Shown here piece after piece: positions 56,655-64,000 of a stretch of DNA of 64,000 bases. The notes below the pieces were generated by a model. It was not told the DNA's origin, did not search any database, and was given only the letters and a program-made list of their open reading frames with translations. Location of the stretch: positions 3,776,001-3,840,000 of the forward strand of contig CAXXKJ010000002.1 in the NCBI GenBank assembly GCA_963675295.2. The letters are read 5' to 3'. Each line of letters opens with the position of its first letter. Position 1 is the stretch's first letter. The position numbers and the translations under genes are program-made. The stretch is from a bacterium. GTDB lineage: Bacteria > Electryoneota > Electryoneia > Electryoneales > Electryoneaceae.

Positions 56655-59600
56655 TCAATCGTCGATGATCTGAACACCACGTTCTTTAAGTTCCTCTTCC
56701 GTCAGATCCCAGTGCGATTCGATATCACTTTTTAAAACCTTCACCCCCCGCAGGGTCGCCCCTTCAAGTTTCGCCCCCGTCAGGACCGCCCCCTCCAGGT
56801 TCGCCTCCCTCAGGTTCGCCCTAATCAGGTCCGCCTCCCTCAGGTTCGCCCCCGTCAGGTTCGCCCCCGTCAGGTTCGCCCCCGTCAGGTTCGCCCCCGT
56901 CAGGACCGCCCCCTCCAGGTTCGCCTCCCTCAGGTTCGCCCTAATCAGGTTCGCCCCCGTCAGGTTCGCCCCCGTCAGGACCGCCCCCGTCAGGTTCGCC
57001 CCCGTCAGGACCGCCCCCTCCAGGTTCGCCTCCCTCAGGTTCGCCCTAATCAGGTCCGCCTCCCTCAGGTTCGCCCCCGTCAGGTTCGCCCCCGTCAGGT
57101 TCGCCCCCGTCAGGTTCGCCCCCGTCAGGTTCGCCCCCGTCAGGTTCGCCCCCGTCAGGTTCGCCCCCGTCAGGTTCGCCCCCGTCAGGACCGCCCCCGT
57201 CAGGACCGCCCCAGAAAGATTGAGCTGAATGAACCGATGAATTGTGTTACTTTCACCTACCAACGAACCGCTAGACATGACATGAGTTAGAAGGCGAGTA
57301 TTCAATTGACGCATAAACCAAGCACTCTCATTGTCGCGTTCAAGTACCTGTTTCCAGCCAGCCTCCCACTCAATAACAACAGGTGTTGACTCTCCCGAAG
57401 GTTCTACCACAAGAGAATGCAGCAAAAACAGGGATTCCAGCGTGTGCACGGCGTGGGCATGGGCGTCCCGGTAAGCACGTTCCGGATCAGGGTACTCCAA
57501 CTTCATGACGGGGACTTCGTTTTGCACAGCGTGTTCGATCAGATCTTGAAGCGCGCGTTGCCACTTGCTATCATCGTGTTGTCCTGTCTTACGTCGCAGC
57601 TCAAGTTCATTTATGAGAAATTCTTCGATCGTTGAGGTAATGCGCTGCGGTCCAAGCAAACGGGCAAGTTGTTCTAGTGTTTCCCGTTCACCTTCATCGG
57701 CGAGTTCATTGAAGATCGAATCTAGGCGCCGGACCAAGCGCAGTGCAGCCAGGTATTCACCAAAAGTTTTGTGTGTAAATATTACCGCGCCGTCATCATG
57801 GCCTGTTCTGCGGAAAAAGAAGGATACCATGAGACCAGAAGATGTACCAACACGACCGGACTCTATTTGATTCAGCACTTTCTGCAACTTACGGTCCGGT
57901 TTAACCGTACATCGTTTGTGAACATCCGCACGTTTTGCTCCGCGTTCACCTGCATGCCACGCCAGTTCACCCACTAGCTCGAGCAATGCCGTAAAATCCT
58001 CGTAGTCGACAGTTTCAGTGGTTGGCGAACGTCGTTTTTCATAGTCGCGCTCATGCACCCGTCGTAGCAGCTTGGCATAGATGCTGTTGCGATTGAAACC
58101 CGGTGCGCTACAGTCTAACGGATCACCGCAGTGAGTTAGAGTTACCAGTGCGTTTAACAGGGGCCGTCGAACAAGATCATGGAGCGCTGTGTGATCCAAT
58201 TCCCCAGCTAATTCTGCTGCTGTTTTGCACTTGAATGGCGCAAGTTTTTTCCAGAAGTCATGTTGTTGTTTTGCTTTTTTGCCTTTCAACAGATTTTTTG
58301 GGTCTTTCCAACGCTCAGTATCAACTAATCTCTTCCATTCATTGTCCCAGTATGGGAGGATTTCTATTAGTTGGGCTGGCTCCCGAAATCGAGAAGCGTG
58401 TTCCTGAATGATCGGGATACGACCACTGAGAAGAAATTTGACCCGATGGCCAGATGTATTTGTTGAATGGGTAGTCAGGTATTCGACAAAGTCCCGCACC
58501 TTCCCAGCGGCGCCGCCCTTGTGCAATTCGTCAAGACCGTCGAAGATGATGAGCAGACGGTCGTCGCCATCGTCCTGTCCCAACGGATTGTGGAAAAATC
58601 CCTCCTCGCTTGCGTATTCTCCAACCGCCTCACGCAAACGTCCGGGTAGATCGAAATCAAACAGGTTGATGAAGAGCACTTTGATTTCAGGAGCGAAACG
58701 ACCTTTTTCATCCACCATGGGGTACTCATCCATCAGCCTGGCGGCAAACATGCGTACGAATGATGATTTCCCGACCCCTGGTTCGCCACTCAACACTTTA
58801 ATTGGCGCGTAATTCCTACCAGTGGTCACACCCGCGCCATCCGCCGACCAACTCAGTACCCATTCACTCAACTCTTCGTAGACATTCAGAACGTGACCGA
58901 TCTTTTTTTCGTTTCTATCTTGCCGCTCCTCATCCTTTTCTACCCGTTCTTCCCAAACACCTCGAGGCCAGACATAGACATCCTTGAGTCCGAATGGTTC
59001 GCCAAGAACACTCTCTTTAACGGTCTGCAGCAGCCGGGCACGGTATCGCAACCAGTCCGTTTCTTTTCGGACCTGACCCACGAGCGGATGGTCAATGTAT
59101 TTTTCGAGGTCGCCATAGAGAGTCGGATGCGCGAACCACTCATCCATAATGCCGACTGCATAGAACTCTGGCAAACGATCGGTAACTGACTTGGCCGTCA
59201 CCTCAGGCATTTGGAGATTGACAAGTAGAGAGATGAAGTCAGATTGGAAGTGCTGAATCAACTCAGTGTCACTAGGACGTTGCACAAAACGCCCATCAAG
59301 TTCAATGGAGTTTTTCTCAACCCAGTCCGGCAAATCGAATTGGAACTCCATATCGACGTGACGCAGTCCTTCTTCAATCATAGCCGAAGCATAATTCTCC
59401 ATCAGCTGATGAATGGCACGTACTAACCCGCCGTGCACGAGTAGATACGCCTTCATACCGTCAGAGAGTTCTTTCGGTTCAAAAGCCGACGGAATTTTCA
59501 ACAAGCCTTTGATACCCGCACCGACTGCACCAATGAACCCAGCGGCTACCGTACCAGTGACTGTACCGACAGTTCCAATAATTGCCGCATCAGCTACGGC

Positions 59601-59690
59601 AGTGGTGACAACCTCAAATAGTTTCTTAAAATTCGGTTCGACTGTTCCTTCTTTATGAGGTTTTTCCAACATCAGGCGTGGCACAGACAT
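56655..59690 (-). CDS. NACHT (STAND) NTPase with C-terminal pentapeptide repeats
   Basis: LKDVYVWP, Walker A GEPGVGKS, Walker B LLIIFDGLDEL, LSGR, RPLL, FTHKTFGEYLAA; A(N/V/D)Lxx repeats. Confidence 0.9.
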   Translation of the reverse strand: MSVPRLMLEKPHKEGTVEPNFKKLFEVVTTAVADAAIIGTVGTVTGTVAAGFIGAVGAGIKGLLKIPSAFEPKELSDGMKAYLLVHGGLVRAIHQLMENYASAMIEEGLRHVDMEFQFDLPDWVEKNSIELDGRFVQRPSDTELIQHFQSDFISLLVNLQMPEVTAKSVTDRLPEFYAVGIMDEWFAHPTLYGDLEKYIDHPLVGQVRKETDWLRYRARLLQTVKESVLGEPFGLKDVYVWPRGVWEERVEKDEERQDRNEKKIGHVLNVYEELSEWVLSWSADGAGVTTGRNYAPIKVLSGEPGVGKSSFVRMFAARLMDEYPMVDEKGRFAPEIKVLFINLFDFDLPGRLREAVGEYASEEGFFHNPLGQDDGDDRLLIIFDGLDELHKGGAAGKVRDFVEYLTTHSTNTSGHRVKFLLSGRIPIIQEHASRFREPAQLIEILPYWDNEWKRLVDTERWKDPKNLLKGKKAKQQHDFWKKLAPFKCKTAAELAGELDHTALHDLVRRPLLNALVTLTHCGDPLDCSAPGFNRNSIYAKLLRRVHERDYEKRRSPTTETVDYEDFTALLELVGELAWHAGERGAKRADVHKRCTVKPDRKLQKVLNQIESGRVGTSSGLMVSFFFRRTGHDDGAVIFTHKTFGEYLAALRLVRRLDSIFNELADEGERETLEQLARLLGPQRITSTIEEFLINELELRRKTGQHDDSKWQRALQDLIEHAVQNEVPVMKLEYPDPERAYRDAHAHAVHTLESLFLLHSLVVEPSGESTPVVIEWEAGWKQVLERDNESAWFMRQLNTRLLTHVMSSGSLVGESNTIHRFIQLNLSGAVLTGAVLTGANLTGANLTGANLTGANLTGANLTGANLTGANLTGANLREADLIRANLREANLEGAVLTGANLTGAVLTGANLTGANLIRANLREANLEGAVLTGANLTGANLTGANLTGANLREADLIRANLREANLEGAVLTGAKLEGATLRGVKVLKSDIESHWDLTEEELKERGVQIIDD
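56745..57212 (-). repeat. About 31 x 15-nt intragenic tandem repeat encoding the pentapeptide domain
   Basis: CAGGTTCGCCCCCGT-type units at an exact 15-nt period from 56751 to 57201. Confidence 0.95.
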
Positions 59691-59882
59691 GGGTCCCCCG
59701 GACGGTCTAGTGTTATCAATGAATGTGAATATAGGTACAAAATGATACCAAACAATAAATGCAACTGAAAATTATTCATTGATATCCATCATGTAGCTCT
59801 TACGAGAGACACAAACGGGATGCCTGCACTGCAAGCACCCCGACAATGTGGAAACATGTAAAAACTCACTGAGCGTTGCCGT

Positions 59883-61067
59883 TTACGTCACCGAAATCCC
59901 CGGCGTAAACCGCAGCACCCGTCCGCCGTCCTGCATGAACGGTTTCAGCCGGTCGAGCAGTTCGTCCTGCCGGCGTTCGGAGGACAGGATGACGGCTTCC
60001 AGTCCGGACTTGAGCAGGTCGTCCAACGACTTCACCTCGAAATCGGTGCCGCCGAGGATGCCACCGTGCCGGCCGGCGTCGGTGGTGGTGACCATCTCGA
60101 CGTTGTCGTGGATATCGCAGTAGAAGAACATGTCGACGGTTGGCAGGCCCGCGCCGAACACCGCGACCGGCCCATTGAAGTCGTCACGCACGACCGAGCT
60201 CAACTCTTCCGCAATGTCTTCCTTGCGGTTGAGGAAGCTGTCGACCCGTTCGAACGCTTCTTCTGCATCCGCGGACGGCATCGGATCGTACGGGTCTTCG
60301 TCGGCGTCCACCTTGCGGGTGAACAACGCGATGTAGGATTCGTCGTATCCGCCGAGGATATCGTGCCCGTGCTGGGTGACAGCGTAACGGAGCGTGGACA
60401 ACGTGAAGTAGGACTGGTACTGGGGTGAGAAGCCGCCGAACGCGATCTTCTCGAACGCCTGGCCGAAGTTCGGCGTCTCAATCGCCATCAGGCCGCCGGG
60501 TTTCAGCAGCCCGTCGATCGCGCCGAGCAGGATCAATGGTTCCTCGACGTGTTCGATCACCGAGCGGCAGACAATGATGTCGAAGCTCTCTTCGTCGAAC
60601 AGGGCTTCATCGAATCGGCCCGAAATGACGTTGTAGCCGTCCTGTTCGCACGCGCCGGACACTCGTTCGTCGGAGTCGATCCCGACGACGTCAAAGCCGA
60701 GCGCTTTCAGACGGGGCAGCATGCCGCTGTAGCCGCAGCCGATGTCGAGCACACGTCCACCCTCGGGGGCGTAGCGTCGAAGCTGATTGAAGAATCTTTC
60801 CGTCTCGAATTTTTCGAGGCCGGATTCGGTGATCGGGGGCGGCACCGGCTGGCGTTGCCGCATCTCGAGATAGGTCTCGAATGGCATTTGTTCCGATTGG
60901 AATACCATGCCACAGCCGTGGCAGAACGTGATACGCAGGGTTTGATACGGCAGGTTCTTGGCCTGGCCGGGCAGGATAACTCCGTTTCCGGCAAAGGGAT
61001 AGTCTTCGAGTTCGAGAATTTCTTCCAACTGGGTAGCCCCACAAACCGGGCATCGCTCGCGAGTCAT
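59883..61067 (-). CDS. Class I SAM methyltransferase with N-terminal Zn-binding domain (NDP-sugar C-methyltransferase-like)
   Basis: CPVCG…CHGCG, VLDIGCG, VIEHVEEP, C-terminal VAVFGAG domain. Confidence 0.8.
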   Translation of the reverse strand: MTRERCPVCGATQLEEILELEDYPFAGNGVILPGQAKNLPYQTLRITFCHGCGMVFQSEQMPFETYLEMRQRQPVPPPITESGLEKFETERFFNQLRRYAPEGGRVLDIGCGYSGMLPRLKALGFDVVGIDSDERVSGACEQDGYNVISGRFDEALFDEESFDIIVCRSVIEHVEEPLILLGAIDGLLKPGGLMAIETPNFGQAFEKIAFGGFSPQYQSYFTLSTLRYAVTQHGHDILGGYDESYIALFTRKVDADEDPYDPMPSADAEEAFERVDSFLNRKEDIAEELSSVVRDDFNGPVAVFGAGLPTVDMFFYCDIHDNVEMVTTTDAGRHGGILGGTDFEVKSLDDLLKSGLEAVILSSERRQDELLDRLKPFMQDGGRVLRFTPGISVT

Positions 61068-61125
61068 TTCCTCCCTCAGGTGGTTCCGGCCCCCCAGCCG
61101 GTGGTAAACGTTAGCTGAGGGTAAT

Positions 61126-63072
61126 TTACAAATCCTGCGGGCCGTTAAAATACATTTCCAACCAAATTCCCAGATTGGCAAGCATCCAGAGTTTCATCCC
61201 TTCCTGCTTGCCGCGCACGTTCAGCAGGTCCCGTTCCAACGCCTTCAGGTCGAACAGTTCACCCATCCGTGGAGTCAGCACGCGCTCCTTCAACCACTCC
61301 TGCCGGCTGCCGTACAACCATGTGTCCAACGGCACTGGGAATGCGGTTTTGGGGCGCATCAGGATCTCGTCCGGAATGGTTCCGGCGAACGCCAGACGGA
61401 GCGCATACTTCCCGATGTCCAGCCGTCCCGCAGCCTCGATTGAAGTCAAGGTAGACGCCTGTTGTTCAGCGTTTGTGTCACGCCAGCGTAACTTGTAGCG
61501 GAGAGGCAATCTGGCGACCCATTCGACGAGGTTGCGATCCGTGTACGGAACTCTTCCCTCCACTCCCTCGGCCATCGAGGTCGCATCAAGACGCAGCAAG
61601 AGCGCCTTGAGATGAATCTCCTGCAGGATGTGCAGCACCTTCTCGTATGGATCGAGCTCAGCCCCATCGAGACGATCCCAGAGCGTGTCCCAGCTCCCCC
61701 GAATCTCGGTTTCCGCCTCCGCGATCGGCAGGTCGGAATTGAACCACGCCCCACGCTGATCTTTGGGAATCCACTGGTAGAGATGCAGGAACTGGTTGCG
61801 GTGCCCGGTGAACGCACGCTCCCCGTACAAATTGCCCAACGCGCTGGTGAGTCGGACACGATCCTCGTCGCTGAAGCTGCCCGGATCCTGCTGCAACCGC
61901 TGCGCGAGCAGGGCGTCATGCGGCGAACGAACCAGCTGCGTGTACCCGGCGAGCAGCTCATCCGCCCCCTCGCCGGAGAGGACCACCGTCACCTTCTTCT
62001 TGATGAACCGCGACAGGTACCGCAAAGGGACTTCGTTCGGCACCGACAGCGGCGTATCCTTGACATGGATCAGTGACTCGAATTCCTTGAAATACGCGTC
62101 TTCGGTGAGCGTCACCTGCTTGTGCCGCACGCCGAGATGCTTCGCCATCGCCTGTGAATACTCGAACTCGTTGCCGCCCTCTTCGCCGAACCCGATCGAA
62201 AACGTGTGAAACGACCGGCCGGTAATCGCCTTCATCACCGTCGTCAGCACCGCGCTGTCGATCCCGCCGGAGAGGTACGCCCCCACCGGTACATCCGCCA
62301 TCAACCGCCGTTTCACCGACTTCACCAGCTTCGTGCGGAATCCCTCGGCGACCGCCTCCTCGCCCGGATCATTCTTCTCGGCCTCCGGGATCATCGGCAA
62401 CGACCAGTACCGGGTTTCACTACGCCGGCGACCGCTCCACTGCACGTACGTGCCCGGTTGGACTTCCTGGATATGACGGAACATCGTGCGGCCGTCAAAG
62501 CTGAGGCGGTAATGCGATAGATAGTTGACCAGCGAGGTCAGGTCCGGCTCACGGGGAAATGCCGGATCCGCAAGAATCGCCTTGATTTCGCTGCCGAACC
62601 GGACCACGCTGTCCCGCATCGACCAGTACAACGGTTTCACACCCATCGGATCACGCGCCAGGGTTAACCGTTGCGGCCCGATCTCCCACAAGCCGAACGC
62701 AAACATGCCACGGAATTTGTCCAGCGCACGGTCCACGCCCCACTGCAGCAATGCTTCCATCACCACTTCGGTGTCACAATTTGAACGGAACCGGACTCCC
62801 TCCGCCTCCAGCTGTTTGCGCAGGAACCGCTGGTTGTACAATTCGCCGTTGTAGGTGAGCACCCCGCGTCCCCGGGTATCGATCCACGGCTGCGCGCCAC
62901 CCTCCGGATCAACAATCGCGAGCCGGCGATGGCCGAGGCCGATGCCGTTCTCGATCCACGTGCCGCGCCCATCCGGACCACGATGCGCGAGCGTATCGGT
63001 CATCCGGTCGAGCAGATCGGGATCAATCGGTCTGGTGTTGCTCAGGTCCAGTAGTCCGGCAATGCCGCACAA
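61126..63072 (-). CDS. asnB: Asparagine synthase (glutamine-hydrolysing) / AsnB-family amidotransferase
   Basis: MCGIAG, HRGPD, LGHRRLAIVD, YNGELYN, LSGGIDS, VVLSGEGADEL. Confidence 0.93.
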   Translation of the reverse strand: MCGIAGLLDLSNTRPIDPDLLDRMTDTLAHRGPDGRGTWIENGIGLGHRRLAIVDPEGGAQPWIDTRGRGVLTYNGELYNQRFLRKQLEAEGVRFRSNCDTEVVMEALLQWGVDRALDKFRGMFAFGLWEIGPQRLTLARDPMGVKPLYWSMRDSVVRFGSEIKAILADPAFPREPDLTSLVNYLSHYRLSFDGRTMFRHIQEVQPGTYVQWSGRRRSETRYWSLPMIPEAEKNDPGEEAVAEGFRTKLVKSVKRRLMADVPVGAYLSGGIDSAVLTTVMKAITGRSFHTFSIGFGEEGGNEFEYSQAMAKHLGVRHKQVTLTEDAYFKEFESLIHVKDTPLSVPNEVPLRYLSRFIKKKVTVVLSGEGADELLAGYTQLVRSPHDALLAQRLQQDPGSFSDEDRVRLTSALGNLYGERAFTGHRNQFLHLYQWIPKDQRGAWFNSDLPIAEAETEIRGSWDTLWDRLDGAELDPYEKVLHILQEIHLKALLLRLDATSMAEGVEGRVPYTDRNLVEWVARLPLRYKLRWRDTNAEQQASTLTSIEAAGRLDIGKYALRLAFAGTIPDEILMRPKTAFPVPLDTWLYGSRQEWLKERVLTPRMGELFDLKALERDLLNVRGKQEGMKLWMLANLGIWLEMYFNGPQDL

Positions 63073-63152
63073 AGGCGCACCTCAGGTGTCGGTGGTCAGT
63101 TATTAGTTACCGCCGCCCATAGCCCCACATCCCGCAGCCCATCATCTCTTGC

Positions 63153-63175
63153 CCGTGTTGGCTCCGACAACGCGG
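63153..63175 (+). repeat. Single copy of the CCGTGT…ACGCGG hairpin family
   Basis: CCGTGTTG-GCTCCGA-CAACGCGG preceded by TGC, with degenerate heptamer tracts nearby on both sides. Confidence 0.55.
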
Positions 63176-63364
63176 GTCTGCTACCGTTCCTCAGTCCCCC
63201 ATACCTCGCAGCCCACACCCTATAGCCCCCAGCCTACAGCCTGCTGCCCGGCAGGAGCGAACTCACCTCCCGGCGATTCCTGCCGTACACACACCTCCGC
63301 CTCTCCGGAAAACTCAGTTCCGACAACGGTCTCCCGGTCTGAGAAGCAATCAGCGAGCTATCTC

Positions 63365-63418
63365 TTGCAATTGGCGTTCCACTGCTCGTATACTTGTACT
63401 GTACCAATTGTATAGTAC
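63365..63418 (+). promoter_or_regulatory. sigma70 promoter with adjacent palindrome, likely PadR operator
   Basis: TTGCAA-N18-TATACT, then GTACTGTAC-CAATT-GTATAGTAC (63396-63418). Confidence 0.6.
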
Positions 63419-63462
63419 CATCGGTTACACAACGGCGGAACCGTGACGAAGGACAGCGGTCG

Positions 63463-63843
63463 ATGAAAGACGAGGTGTATCGCAAGAAGCTGCTGGATGC
63501 GTGGGAGGGCACCTACAAAAAGGGGCAGTTGACCTTGTGGCTGTTCCTCGCGTTACGGGACCGCCCGCGGTACGTCGCCGAGCTCAAGGATTTCATCGAG
63601 CAGGCGACCCGTGGCTCGATCACCGTGGAAGAACAGAGCCTTTACCGCAGCCTGCGCAAGTACCGCGACCTCGAGATGGTGGACTTCGACCTTCGCGACG
63701 GCGACCGCGGCCCGGAACGCAAGTACTACCGTCTCACAAAGCTGGGCGACGAGATTCTGACGGACTTTGTCGAACGCAACATCGCGCTGTTTTACGATGA
63801 CCAGCTGAAACAGCTGATACAGAACGGGGGGAACAAACCATGA
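63463..63843 (+). CDS. PadR-family transcriptional regulator
   Basis: KKGQLTLW…LYRSLRK…GPERKYYRLT. Confidence 0.92.
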   Translation: MKDEVYRKKLLDAWEGTYKKGQLTLWLFLALRDRPRYVAELKDFIEQATRGSITVEEQSLYRSLRKYRDLEMVDFDLRDGDRGPERKYYRLTKLGDEILTDFVERNIALFYDDQLKQLIQNGGNKP

Positions 63844-64000
63844 GCCGAATCACAGGCAAGATGCTGATCTACGGCGCGATTCTGATCGTGATCACCGCCG
63901 GCATGCTGATCGTCTCGCAACAGACTGGCCCCGTCACCGGAATCTGGGCATTGGCAGGCTGGGGCGGGCTGTACGCGCTGGTGACCTACCTCTTCCTGCG
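63840..64000 (+). CDS. Membrane protein, partial (runs off the window)
   Basis: ATGA overlap with padR; MSRITGKMLIYGAILIVITAGMLIVS… hydrophobic. Confidence 0.6.
   Translation, partial: MSRITGKMLIYGAILIVITAGMLIVSQQTGPVTGIWALAGWGGLYALVTYLFL

Overview
A GC-rich bacterial chromosomal window of about 47 CDS and one tRNA-Ser(GGA). Eight secreted proteins end in a PNPFN…KxxLxK sorting-type C-terminal domain, which suggests an FCB-superphylum candidate lineage (inference only). Housekeeping content: amt, glnA, feoB, xerD, flgB, aspS, asnB and a coupled phoH-7TM/HD-ybeY-CNNM-radical SAM-Rne/Rng operon. No CRISPR array, prophage or transposase was seen. Signals most worth following: (1) all eight secreted proteins share an Ig-like domain I cannot name just before the sorting domain; (2) four of them form a tandem paralogue array, with equal-length structured 5' leaders in three copies and a homogenised 3' tract; (3) a dispersed family of covarying REP-like hairpins (CCGTGT…ACGCGG, conserved T·G pair) occurs at four intergenic loci, one inside a 579-bp element with inverted ends; (4) a lower-GC NACHT/NLR-like gene has a pentapeptide domain encoded by near-perfect 15-nt DNA repeats; (5) a lipoprotein and LysM gene pair share a single-Cys LEDCE coiled-coil motif; (6) a sensor-less NarL-type two-component pair lies upstream of amt with tandem palindromes. 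All calls come from reading motifs by eye; no database searches were run.
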